Source: an uncultured Pseudomonadales bacterium (GTDB lineage: Bacteria > Patescibacteriota > Microgenomatia > UBA1400 > UBA1396). Taken from it: 64,000 nucleotides of DNA. The position numbers were made by a program, and so were the translations under genes. Every line of letters starts with the position of its first letter. Position 1 is the stretch's first letter. The notes below the pieces were generated by a model, which worked only from the letters and a program-made list of their open reading frames with translations, searched no databases and was not told the origin of the DNA. Shown here in pieces: positions 18,832-28,580 of the stretch. The stretch is from assembly GCA_964603945.1 (NCBI GenBank), contig CAZRWP010000005.1, forward strand, positions 432 to 64,431, written 5' to 3'.

Positions 18832-19035
18832 ATGTCTCGTCATAGAGATAGGGGTGATTTAAGAGACGCATTAACAAGACTCGGAATGCAAAGCTCAGCT
18901 GATTTGCTAAGAATGATTGAAAAGAAGAGTCTTTTTCCAAACAGGAGGAGAGTAGAATTTGGCACACAGAAGCCAACTGATACAGAAGCTGAAAAGTCTG
19001 TGCCGGTGTCTGCTGATCAAAATGCTACTCGTTAG
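18832..19035 (+). CDS. Possible small Arg-rich hypothetical protein
   Basis: ATG preceded by AGGGAGTGG. 68 aa, with no homology recognised. It lies between the ttagctgaatt direct repeats. Confidence 0.25.
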   Translation: MSRHRDRGDLRDALTRLGMQSSADLLRMIEKKSLFPNRRRVEFGTQKPTDTEAEKSVPVSADQNATR

Positions 19036-19038
19036 TCA

Positions 19039-20490
19039 CTAAAATATCTTAGCTGAATTACTCAATCGGAGTAGCGTCAAGTTCTGCCCCAACACCTCAA
19101 TCGTCTCAAACAGAGGTGGCGTTGCTTTAAGGCCGGTCACAGCTAGCCTAAGCATCATAAAATACTGTGATTTTGGCCAGTCGTATTTCGACTGGAGATC
19201 TCTAATTGCGGTTTCGATTCCAGCCACATTCCAATCTTCAATACTTTTTATGGCCTCAATGGTCAAGTTCAATTGCTGAGCCACTAATTCTGGCGTGGCT
19301 TTTTTAAGCAACATTGTCTGATCCACTTCAATTGACTGATAAAAGAAATTTGATAATTCTGGCCAATCGGCTAGAGTAACTAGTCGTTCCTTAACTAAAG
19401 GCAATATCTTGGTGATTTTGTCTTCTGGAAAATCAGCCGGAATGAAGGGTCTCAAACGCTCGATTAATTCATTATCACCAAATTCTTCACGGATATATTT
19501 ACCATTCATCCAATTTAGCTTTTCAATGTCAAATACTGGACCGGTTTTCTGCATTCTTTCAAAACTAAATACCTCAATAAACTCAGCCAAAGATATAATT
19601 TCTTTATTATCCGGGTGCGACCAACCAAGCAACATTAAAAAGTTGAGTAATGCTTCTGGCAAATATCCTTTTTTCTGATAGGAAACAATTGAGACATCGT
19701 TTTTTCGTTTAGATAGCTTTGATTTATCAGGATTACGCAATAATGGCATATGCGCGAATTCCGGCAAATCCCAGCCAAACATTTTATAAAGCAAAATATG
19801 CTTAGGCGTCGAACTAATCCATTCTTCACCGCGAATGACGTGTGAGATCTTCATTAAATGATCATCGACTACAACGGCTAAATGATAGGTCGGATACCCA
19901 TCTGATTTGATTATTACCTGATCGTCAATTTGCTGATGATTAATCTTAACCTCACCTCTAATCAGATCATTCCAGGCTGTTTCGCCATCTGGAACACGCA
20001 TTCTGACCACATAAGGTTCACCAGCTTTCACGCGCTTAAGGGCCTGATCCAGCGGATAGTCTCGGTAACGACCATCATACTTTGGTGGCTGACCAGCCGC
20101 TTGCTGTTTTTCTCGCATTTCTCGTAATTCATCTGGAGTGGCAAAGCAATAATAGGCCTGACCATTGTCGATTAACTGTTGGGCATATTTTTGGTATATT
20201 TCTAGTCTTTCTGACTGGCGATAGGGCCCGTAAGGACCACCTTTTATCACGTCTTCATCTGGCTCAATACCAGCCCATTGAATCGTATCTAAGACTAATT
20301 GTTCAGCGCCCTCAACAAATCTAGATCGATCAGTGTCTTCGCTACGGACAATAAACTGGCCGCCATTTTGCTTGGCAAAGGCATAATTAAAAAGTGAAAT
20401 GTACAACGTGCCGACATGGGCAATACCGGTGGGTGAGGGTGCGACGCGGGTGCGGACATTATCAAAACTCATAGGGGAATTGTAGCGCAA
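19039..20490 (-). CDS. gltX: Glutamate--tRNA ligase
   Basis: Class I HIGH-type motif APSPTGIAHVGTLY and KMSKS-like LSKRK, with GluRS architecture. Confidence 0.9.
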   Translation of the reverse strand: MRYNSPMSFDNVRTRVAPSPTGIAHVGTLYISLFNYAFAKQNGGQFIVRSEDTDRSRFVEGAEQLVLDTIQWAGIEPDEDVIKGGPYGPYRQSERLEIYQKYAQQLIDNGQAYYCFATPDELREMREKQQAAGQPPKYDGRYRDYPLDQALKRVKAGEPYVVRMRVPDGETAWNDLIRGEVKINHQQIDDQVIIKSDGYPTYHLAVVVDDHLMKISHVIRGEEWISSTPKHILLYKMFGWDLPEFAHMPLLRNPDKSKLSKRKNDVSIVSYQKKGYLPEALLNFLMLLGWSHPDNKEIISLAEFIEVFSFERMQKTGPVFDIEKLNWMNGKYIREEFGDNELIERLRPFIPADFPEDKITKILPLVKERLVTLADWPELSNFFYQSIEVDQTMLLKKATPELVAQQLNLTIEAIKSIEDWNVAGIETAIRDLQSKYDWPKSQYFMMLRLAVTGLKATPPLFETIEVLGQNLTLLRLSNSAKIF

Positions 20491-20554
20491 CTTGCCTGGA
20501 AGATCATCTCCAACTCTAATAATTAACGAAATTAAAAATAATAATCAGAAGAAA

Positions 20555-21634
20555 TTAGCGAGCGTTAAAAACTTCATACACTTGAGGGTCAAGCGCTGGC
20601 ACTAAGGCCTGAAATCCGTGATCTCCCTCAAAAACATAAACTGGTTGAAAGTACGAGTTGGCAGCCGGGGGCTCATAGTAGGCTAAGTACACATTTCGGA
20701 CGGCGACTGTCTCACTGCCTTTGCGTGTGACATAACCTTGGCCAGATAAAAGCTGTTCCCAGGCTTGTCGGGTGGGTTGTAAGGGATAAGTTTGGGGAGT
20801 TTCCCAGAGAACCGGGAAATATAAAGACTTAAACAGCAAGATTCTTTCACCAGGACTGCGGCTACCGGAAAATACGACACGGATAACGCCGTGATCTGGA
20901 ATATGGGTAACGGTGGGGAGGCCGTTTGGAATATTTCGATAGAGATCAGCTTGGACAAAATCGGCTTCGCTAATACTATTAGCTTCCTTGGTTTCGCCCG
21001 CTAAAGCTCGTAAATATTTGACTTTGGGACTGGCAGTAGCCACGTCAGGATTACTCAGATTAATACTGCGAAGTAATGTTCGCAGTTCGCTGGCCGCCTG
21101 ACGCTCGTCCGGTATAAATTTTTTGTCCAGAAGCGGAACTGATGAAGCCCAATCTGTTTCTAAATCAAACAAATTATCGACAATATTGATTTCTAAAGTT
21201 GCTGGCAGAGGATTTTGCTGTCGCCAACGATAAACTGTGCTGGATATTTTTTCCGGTTCAAATAGAAAACCCAACTGAGAAGCTTTAGTTTTAGCGCGAT
21301 CTAAAGCTAACAAGTCTAGCTCATTACCTGGAACTAAATAAACCGGCATTTGGGTGCCAAAATCTGGTAAGCGCTGACCAATAGTTTCAAGTTTAATTTC
21401 TTCTGGCCGGTCTTCCGGAAGTTGCGCCGGGAAAGAAGGAGTGGGTAGCTTACCAAAGCCCATAGTTGGGGGAGGTGGCCCAGGTGGATTTAGTGCTTTA
21501 TAGATACTAATAGTCGTGGTTAGGGTAAAACGCGCCACAATTAAAAAGACAATACCAATCAAGCCATATTTGACGGCACTTCGGCCGTAATGAGCCCAAG
21601 TTGATAAATTGCTTTTGTTTTGTGCTTTGGCCAT
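20555..21634 (-). CDS. Hypothetical membrane-anchored protein (N-terminal TM, Pro-rich linker)
   Basis: Single N-terminal TM helix then PPGPPPPTMGFGKLPTPSFP. No known domain. Confidence 0.45.
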   Translation of the reverse strand: MAKAQNKSNLSTWAHYGRSAVKYGLIGIVFLIVARFTLTTTISIYKALNPPGPPPPTMGFGKLPTPSFPAQLPEDRPEEIKLETIGQRLPDFGTQMPVYLVPGNELDLLALDRAKTKASQLGFLFEPEKISSTVYRWRQQNPLPATLEINIVDNLFDLETDWASSVPLLDKKFIPDERQAASELRTLLRSINLSNPDVATASPKVKYLRALAGETKEANSISEADFVQADLYRNIPNGLPTVTHIPDHGVIRVVFSGSRSPGERILLFKSLYFPVLWETPQTYPLQPTRQAWEQLLSGQGYVTRKGSETVAVRNVYLAYYEPPAANSYFQPVYVFEGDHGFQALVPALDPQVYEVFNAR

Positions 21635-21656
21635 ATCTCTGCTGTTACTATCTTAC

Positions 21657-22721
21657 CTAAAATTCCTGAATCCGTAAGGACTTCTGCAACCAGGGAATTA
21701 AATTTAAGGCATCACCGTAGCGATCCTGGCTCCCTAAGATAACGACAATTAGGTCCAAATCCTTGAGCTGTGTAAGCTCTGCTGATTGATTGTCCTCATA
21801 CAAGTTTGTTTTACTGGAAGTGGTACTCGGCGAACCTGGTTGAGTGGGCAATATTTCTGAGTCTTGCTCTGTTGAGCTTATCGATACAGGCCAAGTTGAG
21901 CGATAACGGAAAATCAAATTCTGCCCAGCCAGATCGGTTGTACCGGTTTTAATGCCTAAATACTCCGGGCCACGTTGCAATAAGCTATTAGTAGTGTAAA
22001 TGGTGTCTAGACGGCCGGTATTTAACTCTTTAACCATAGCTAATTCTTGGGAAACTGTGGTAGCCAAAAAGGGGTTATCTAGAAAATGATCGGCCAATCG
22101 ACCCAAATCCTCAGCAGTTGAAAACTGAGCCGTATCATCCAAACCAGTAACATTGGCAAATTGCGTGTTTTCCAAGCCTAGCTGTTTAGCTTTGTGATTC
22201 ATTTGGTCAATAAAGGGTGTAGGTGAACTAACTGATTTAGCCAACGCCTCGCCAGCATCATTAGCCGAAAAGACCAGCATGGCAGTCAGTAAATCCCTAA
22301 CGGTGAACTCATCTTGAGGCAAGAATTTCGCCCTATTTCCAGGGACAGCGGCGGCTGAGCCAATCTTGACAATCTCATCTAAATCGGTGTTTTCATAAAC
22401 AACTAAGGCTGTCATGAGCTTAACTAGCGAAGCTGGCGCCGTGGCGGTATTAGCATGATCAGCAAACAACACCTCCTGACTATTTCTGTCATAAATCCAG
22501 ACCGACTTGGCCGAATAAAAAGGTTGATCAGCTGATTCTTCCAATTGGTATTGGGCTATTTTAGGTGGCTCAATGGTGTTTGTTATATCTGATGGCAATT
22601 TTGTTGATGAAGCCAAAGTTTGCCAAAACTGAAGTAGGGCGCCAACAAATCCAACCGCGATCACCACCAACCACAAGGCGATCAGAATACGATACTGAAT
22701 TAAACGGTTAATAAAAGCCAT
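21657..22721 (-). CDS. D-alanyl-D-alanine carboxypeptidase (serine-type, PBP5/DacA-like)
   Basis: N-terminal TM anchor, SxxK (PASLVKLMTALVV), SxN (FSANDAGEAL) and KTG (IKTGTT) motifs. Confidence 0.75.
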   Translation of the reverse strand: MAFINRLIQYRILIALWLVVIAVGFVGALLQFWQTLASSTKLPSDITNTIEPPKIAQYQLEESADQPFYSAKSVWIYDRNSQEVLFADHANTATAPASLVKLMTALVVYENTDLDEIVKIGSAAAVPGNRAKFLPQDEFTVRDLLTAMLVFSANDAGEALAKSVSSPTPFIDQMNHKAKQLGLENTQFANVTGLDDTAQFSTAEDLGRLADHFLDNPFLATTVSQELAMVKELNTGRLDTIYTTNSLLQRGPEYLGIKTGTTDLAGQNLIFRYRSTWPVSISSTEQDSEILPTQPGSPSTTSSKTNLYEDNQSAELTQLKDLDLIVVILGSQDRYGDALNLIPWLQKSLRIQEF

Positions 22722-22743
22722 GGAATCTATTGTGACACAGCAA

Positions 22744-24363
22744 TTAGGTCGCCGCTACTATTTCTATATCTACACTTCCGCGCCGGTACGTTGAGGTTTT
22801 CAGGCGTATGGCTAGTTGTGTTGGTGCTAAGTTGTTAGGCAATTTGTTTTTAAATTGAAAACAAATTGCCGACGCCGACAATCCATCAGCTAGGTTGCGA
22901 AGTTGAATCTTTAAATGAGCGCCATTTTTGCCAACCGGTCGCTGATCAACAATCTCGATATCTTTTAGTAAGAATAATGGTTCTTCGTTACCCGCTCCAT
23001 ATGGCGTGAATTGATTAATTGTGTCCATTGTTTCCAGATTTAATAAAGGCCACGCCAACTGTCCGAGCACTTTTAGTTGAGGTTTTAGCAAATCGGCCGA
23101 AATGGATTTTTGAGACAAACTTCTAAGTTGATTATGAAACTCAGCTAATTTTTCCGGTTCAATGGAGAATCCGGCCGCCATGGCATGTCCGCCTAAAGAA
23201 GTAAATAAATCACTGTCAAGCGAGCGAAGCAGTTCGGTAAGATGAACACCTGGAATACTACGGCAAGATGCTTTATATGCTCCATTTCGATTGGATATTA
23301 CCAGGCTTGGTTTGTGGTATTTATCAACTAATTTACTAGCAATTAAACCAATTACGCCCTCGTGGTAATCACCAACCGCCAACACATAGTTATCTTCCGG
23401 AGTACTAAGCAGTGAGTCCTTTACCTTAGAAATGGCGGCTTCCGTGATATCTTGACGTTCCCCATTAACCGTATTGAGCTTACTCATTAACTCTCGGGTA
23501 TTTTTGGGATTACGAGTCACTAGGGCGCGCAAGGCATCCATGGCACTGTAGAGGCGGCCCATGGCATTAATTCGGGGCGCCAGCGAGTAATTGATAGTAT
23601 TGACAGTGGCTTGTGATAAATCGGTACCGGCCAACTCCGCTAAAGTCAGTAGACTTGGCCTGGTAGTTTGCTGCAAGGCTAATAATCCAGCCGTGGCTAG
23701 ACTTCGGTTAGCGCCAATTAGTGGAACCTGATCGGCAATGGTACCTAAAACTGTTAAATCTAATAGTTCGCCAGCTTGCTGTCGATTATTCAGTAATTCT
23801 CGACCTAATAACCAGGCAACACCAACTCCGGTAACTTGCGTGGTATGGATCAAGGCATCTGCTTTAGGCAAATCGCCGTGTGGCTCATGATGATCCGTGA
23901 TAATTACTTTGACGCCTTGCTCTTTAAGCCAGGCAACTTCCTTATTCGCGACGATGCCATTATCTACCGTAATCACCAAATCAGGCTTTTGGATAGCCAA
24001 TATTTCATCCAGAGCAGTCTGAGTGAGTCCATAGCCATGTTTTTCTCGATGTGGCAGAAATGGTTGTGCCGAAACGCCTTTGATTTTTAAGGCCTCCCAT
24101 AAAACCGCGGTGGCAGTGACACCATCACAATCATAATCACCAAAAATTAAAATCTTTTGTTGGTCTTTAATTGCTTTTTCAATTAGAGTAACCGCTTTAT
24201 CCAATTCTGCTGAAGAAACACCAAAATCCTCAATTGCTAATTCTAGTGGTGAGACCGGATTTAAAAAACCAGACTGCTGATTGGCAGGAATTCTGTCAAG
24301 CAATAATTGTTTCAGCTGATCCTGGCTAGAAATAATTTCATCAGAGGAAGTGATAATTTGCAC
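22744..24363 (-). CDS. recJ: Single-stranded-DNA-specific exonuclease RecJ
   Basis: DHH motifs (GDYDCDGVTATAVL, ITDHHEPHG) and a DHHA1 region. Confidence 0.85.
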   Translation of the reverse strand: MQIITSSDEIISSQDQLKQLLLDRIPANQQSGFLNPVSPLELAIEDFGVSSAELDKAVTLIEKAIKDQQKILIFGDYDCDGVTATAVLWEALKIKGVSAQPFLPHREKHGYGLTQTALDEILAIQKPDLVITVDNGIVANKEVAWLKEQGVKVIITDHHEPHGDLPKADALIHTTQVTGVGVAWLLGRELLNNRQQAGELLDLTVLGTIADQVPLIGANRSLATAGLLALQQTTRPSLLTLAELAGTDLSQATVNTINYSLAPRINAMGRLYSAMDALRALVTRNPKNTRELMSKLNTVNGERQDITEAAISKVKDSLLSTPEDNYVLAVGDYHEGVIGLIASKLVDKYHKPSLVISNRNGAYKASCRSIPGVHLTELLRSLDSDLFTSLGGHAMAAGFSIEPEKLAEFHNQLRSLSQKSISADLLKPQLKVLGQLAWPLLNLETMDTINQFTPYGAGNEEPLFLLKDIEIVDQRPVGKNGAHLKIQLRNLADGLSASAICFQFKNKLPNNLAPTQLAIRLKTSTYRRGSVDIEIVAAT

Positions 24364-24383
24364 TCTCTTACCCTACCATTGTC

Positions 24384-25871
24384 ATGTTACGATTACCAGG
24401 TATGAGACTCTCGCTACCCAAGGAGATAATAGCCATTACAGCGGCTATGAATCAGGCAGGATATGACCTCTATTTAGTAGGCGGTTCTGTACGTGATCTG
24501 GTGTTGAATCGTCCGGTTCATGACTGGGATTTCACCACTTCCGCTTTGCCTGATCAAATTAAAGCCGTCTTTCCAGAAGCCTTTTATGAAAACATTTTCG
24601 GTACAGTAAGTGTTGTTGGTGAGCATCTATATGAACAATTACAGTTAGATGCAGAGGCTTATTTGCTGGAAGACAAATCTCAGGTTTATGAAATCACTAC
24701 CTTTAGAAGTGAAGGTACTTATTCTGATCACCGTCGGCCAGATGAAGTTACCTGGGGAAAATCTATTCAAGATGATTTACAGCGCCGTGACTTCACTATC
24801 AATGCCATGGCAATTAAATTAACCACAAGCCAGGATCAGCAATCAGCAGTTTTTAAGGATTTTGCAGGCATGCCAGATAGAATTGATCTATCAGCGGAAT
24901 TGTTTGATCCTTATCGGGGGAAACTTGATTTAGATCAAAGAGTAATTAAGGCAGTTGGCCAGCCAAATGAGCGATTTGAAGAAGACGCCTTACGTATGCT
25001 TAGAGCTATTCGCTTGGCCGCTCAATTAAAATTTGGAATTGATCCTGAAACCCTAATTGCTATTCAAACTAAAGCAGACCAAATTCAGCATGTCAGCTGG
25101 GAGCGTATTCGTGATGAATTCTTAAAAATCTTAGTCACTGATCAAGTTGAAGATGCCTTGACAATCATGGCTACCACTGGACTTTTAAATCACATCTTGC
25201 CGGAAATTATTCCCGCCAAAGGTGTCGAACAGCGCGGCCATCATGAATATGATGTTTGGGAACATCTTTTTAAGGCTGTCCAACTTTGTCCGTCTAAAGA
25301 TCCAGTTGTCCGCTTAGCAACTTTGCTTCATGACATTGCCAAACCCCAAACTCAAGCTCCATTGCCTGATAAACCTGGTGAATATTCATTCCATAATCAT
25401 GAGGTCGTTGGTGCCAGAGTCGCTAGAGATGTGGCACGGCGTTTACGCATGTCTAAAGATGATGTTCAGCGAGTATTTACCTTGGTACGATGGCACATGT
25501 TCTATTATCAGCCCACCATGACCGATGCGGCCATCCGCCGCTTTATGCGCCGAGTTGGTCCAGAAAATATGGAAGATATTATGGCTTTGCGTGAAGCAGA
25601 TCGCCTTGGCAGTGGCAGTAAACGAACCAGTTGGCGCCTAGAAGAAATGAAACAGCGCATTCATGACCAAATGCAGGAGCCATTGAAGGTTAGTGATTTA
25701 GCCATTAACGGCCACGATGTTATGTCCTCTTTAAATATTCCGGCTGGGCCGCGCGTTGGTCAAATTCTAAATGAATTATTTGAAGAGGTTTTAGATGATC
25801 CAGATAAAAACAACCGTGATTACCTATTAAATCGCTTAAAAGATCTTCCGCTGATCTCTCAGTCTGAATGA
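24384..25871 (+). CDS. cca: CCA-adding tRNA nucleotidyltransferase with HD domain
   Basis: Pol-beta-type head GGSVRDLVLNRPVHDWDFTT, RRDFTINAMA, and HD motif HDIAKP. Confidence 0.8.
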   Translation: MLRLPGMRLSLPKEIIAITAAMNQAGYDLYLVGGSVRDLVLNRPVHDWDFTTSALPDQIKAVFPEAFYENIFGTVSVVGEHLYEQLQLDAEAYLLEDKSQVYEITTFRSEGTYSDHRRPDEVTWGKSIQDDLQRRDFTINAMAIKLTTSQDQQSAVFKDFAGMPDRIDLSAELFDPYRGKLDLDQRVIKAVGQPNERFEEDALRMLRAIRLAAQLKFGIDPETLIAIQTKADQIQHVSWERIRDEFLKILVTDQVEDALTIMATTGLLNHILPEIIPAKGVEQRGHHEYDVWEHLFKAVQLCPSKDPVVRLATLLHDIAKPQTQAPLPDKPGEYSFHNHEVVGARVARDVARRLRMSKDDVQRVFTLVRWHMFYYQPTMTDAAIRRFMRRVGPENMEDIMALREADRLGSGSKRTSWRLEEMKQRIHDQMQEPLKVSDLAINGHDVMSSLNIPAGPRVGQILNELFEEVLDDPDKNNRDYLLNRLKDLPLISQSE

Positions 25872-25886
25872 TTTATACTAACTGAC

Positions 25887-28571
25887 ATGCTTAAGAATCT
25901 CTTCCAGCTCTTTGATGATCAAGCACGGACTTTGTCGCGTTATCAAAAAACGGTTAATGCCATTAATGAGCTTGAGCCGGAAATTAAAAAATTATCAGAC
26001 AAGAAACTTAAAGCCAAGACAGCCGAGTTCAAGAAACGTATAGAAGAGGGTGAAACTCTCCAGCAGATAGTACCGGAAGCGTACGCCGTGGTCCGCGAGG
26101 CCGCTCGCCGCACTCTTGGCATGCGTCACTTTGATGTCCAACTTTTAGCTGGTTTAGCCTTTTATGAAGGCAAAGTGGCCGAGCAAAAAACCGGTGAAGG
26201 TAAAACTTTATCGGCTACCTTACCTTTATACCTGTATTCTCTGACTGGCCGCGGTGCTCATTTAATTACGGTTAATGATTATCTGTCCCAGATTGGCGCG
26301 GGTTGGATGGGTCCGATGTACGCCGCCCTTGGCGTTTCGGTCGGTGTGATTATTCATGATCAGGCTTATCTTTATGACGCCGAGTTTACCGGCGAAGAGC
26401 GTGGCGATGAGCGCCTGGAGCATTTCCGGCCGGTACCCCGTCAGGAAGCATACGCCGCTGACGTTACCTATGGCACCAATAATGAGTTTGGCTTTGATTA
26501 TCTGCGTGACAACATGGCGCAGCGTTTAGGCGATCAAGTTCAGCGAGACAAGCATTTTGCCATTGTTGATGAAGCTGACTCAATCATGATTGATGAAGCC
26601 CGTACACCTTTGATTATTTCTGCACCTGACGCCGAACCAACTGACAAATATCTTGAAGTTGCTAAATTAGTCCGTACCTTAACTAAAGGCACTGATTATC
26701 AAGTCGATGAAAAAATGAAGACAGCTACCTTGACTGATTTGGGTGTTAAGCGCATTGAGCGGAGTCTGGGCGTCACCAACTTGTACGAGGAAAGTTTTGA
26801 TACGATTCATCATCTTGAGCAAGCCTTAAAAGCGGCCAAAGTTTTCCAACGGGATAAAGATTATGTTGTCCGCGATGGCGAAATTGTGATTGTTGATGAG
26901 CACACTGGACGCTTAATGTTTGGCCGCCGCTATTCAGATGGCTTACATCAGGCAATTGAAGCAAAAGAAGGCGTTAAAGTTCAACAGGAGTCCAGAACTC
27001 TGGCGACAATTTCTCTGCAGAATTACTTCCGTTTATACGAAAAGTTGGCTGGTATGTCTGGAACAGCGGTCACTGAAGCCGAAGAGCTTAACAAGATTTA
27101 TGGTGTAGATGTGGTGGCTATTCCCACCAATCAACAGATTCAAAGGCTAGATCATACCGATCAAGTTTATAAAACTGCCCGCGCTAAATTCAGCGCCATT
27201 TTGCGCGAAGTAGAAGAAGTACATGCTCAGGGTCGACCAATCCTGATTGGTACGCGATCAATTGATCAAAACCAAATTCTGAGTCGTTTGCTAACTAAAA
27301 ACAAGATTCCCCACCAAACTCTTAACGCCAAGAATCACGAACGTGAAGCTTTTATCATTGCTGAGGCCGGTAAGCCAGGCGCAATCACGGTTGCCACCAA
27401 TATTGCTGGTCGTGGTGTGGACATTGTCCTCGGCGGTGCTAAACCAGAGGCCCGTAATTTTAAGACTGACAAAGAATTTGCTAAAGCCGTTAGTGAGTGG
27501 CAATCGGCCCATGATGAGGTAATTAACAGCGGTGGTTTGCACATTGTTGGTACCGAACGCCATGAGTCGCGCCGGATTGATAACCAGTTGCGCGGCCGCG
27601 CCGGGCGCCAGGGCGATCCTGGCTCGTCTCGCTTTTTTGTGTCTCTTGAAGATGAGATCATGCGTATCTTTGGCGGTGACCAGATTTCCAAGCTAATGGA
27701 TACGCTTAACATTGATGAGAACATGCCAATTGAGCATCCCATGATCACCCGCGCCATCACTCAAGCGCAGATTAAAGTCGAAGGTTACTTCTTTGACCAA
27801 CGCCGGAATTTGGTTAATTATGACGATGTTTTAAATCGCCAGCGCACCATCATTTACCAACGGCGCCAGAATATTTTGGAGCAGATGGAGGAAAGCAAAG
27901 ACGATCTGGAGGACTCGCGCTGGCGCGACCGCCTGGCAGAAACATTCCGCAAGCATTTTGAACTTCAACTGGCCGCGCGGTCAGAAGATGGCTTTGATGA
28001 GGCCGAGATTAATAATTTAGCCACCGAACTCGCCACTATTATTCCGTTTGATACCAATTCTTTAGAGCGCATCAAAACTCAACTTAAAAAAGAAAATACA
28101 GTTAGTGGAATTCTGAACACTTTTGAAAGGGTCTTTCAGGACATCTATAATATTCGCGAGAAATCACTTGGCTCGATTGCGTTGCGCGAAATCGAACGCT
28201 ACGTCTTTTTAAGCAGTATTGATGAACAATGGATGGATCATCTGGACAACATGACTAATCTGCGCGATGCCGTCTGGCTTCGTGGCGGCAAAGAGCAAGC
28301 TTTAGCCGAGTATAAAAAGGAAGCTTTTAATTTATTTGACACCATGATTAAGCGCATTGAACTAGAAGCTCTAAAAAAGGTGTTTAGAATTCACTTACAG
28401 CCAGTTCAGCCTCAGCCAATTGCTGAAGACCTAGTAATGTCTGGTCCTGCTAAAACTCAGACCACTGATTCAACCCCAGATTTAACCGCCGATCCATTAT
28501 CTAAACCCAAAAAAAGATCAGCTAAACCCAGGGGTAAAAGAAAAGCCAAGGGATCTTACCTCAAAAAATAA
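25887..28571 (+). CDS. secA: Preprotein translocase ATPase SecA
   Basis: 894 aa with DEAD-like motor motifs (GEGKTL, VDEADSILIDEARTPLIIS) and a basic C-terminal tail. Confidence 0.95.
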   Translation: MLKNLFQLFDDQARTLSRYQKTVNAINELEPEIKKLSDKKLKAKTAEFKKRIEEGETLQQIVPEAYAVVREAARRTLGMRHFDVQLLAGLAFYEGKVAEQKTGEGKTLSATLPLYLYSLTGRGAHLITVNDYLSQIGAGWMGPMYAALGVSVGVIIHDQAYLYDAEFTGEERGDERLEHFRPVPRQEAYAADVTYGTNNEFGFDYLRDNMAQRLGDQVQRDKHFAIVDEADSIMIDEARTPLIISAPDAEPTDKYLEVAKLVRTLTKGTDYQVDEKMKTATLTDLGVKRIERSLGVTNLYEESFDTIHHLEQALKAAKVFQRDKDYVVRDGEIVIVDEHTGRLMFGRRYSDGLHQAIEAKEGVKVQQESRTLATISLQNYFRLYEKLAGMSGTAVTEAEELNKIYGVDVVAIPTNQQIQRLDHTDQVYKTARAKFSAILREVEEVHAQGRPILIGTRSIDQNQILSRLLTKNKIPHQTLNAKNHEREAFIIAEAGKPGAITVATNIAGRGVDIVLGGAKPEARNFKTDKEFAKAVSEWQSAHDEVINSGGLHIVGTERHESRRIDNQLRGRAGRQGDPGSSRFFVSLEDEIMRIFGGDQISKLMDTLNIDENMPIEHPMITRAITQAQIKVEGYFFDQRRNLVNYDDVLNRQRTIIYQRRQNILEQMEESKDDLEDSRWRDRLAETFRKHFELQLAARSEDGFDEAEINNLATELATIIPFDTNSLERIKTQLKKENTVSGILNTFERVFQDIYNIREKSLGSIALREIERYVFLSSIDEQWMDHLDNMTNLRDAVWLRGGKEQALAEYKKEAFNLFDTMIKRIELEALKKVFRIHLQPVQPQPIAEDLVMSGPAKTQTTDSTPDLTADPLSKPKKRSAKPRGKRKAKGSYLKK

Positions 28572-28580
28572 TCTTTTTGC

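Noticed and set aside
18661-19038. gpmA-gltX spacer considered as a structured RNA gene (tmRNA, RNase P RNA, SRP RNA or 6S)
   Set aside because: None of the hallmark motifs is present. These are the RNase P GGAAAGUCCGG or AGGGCAGG blocks, the tmRNA tRNA-like 3' end with tag ORF, and the SRP GGAA/AGCAGG domain IV.
27335-27760. 141-aa antisense ORF inside secA. Similar antisense ORFs lie inside ftsA (40811-41314), the HDAC gene (53155-53580) and lysS (54670-55093).
   Set aside because: They lie entirely antisense to strongly supported genes in GC-richer stretches, with no RBS or motifs. They are typical antisense artefacts.
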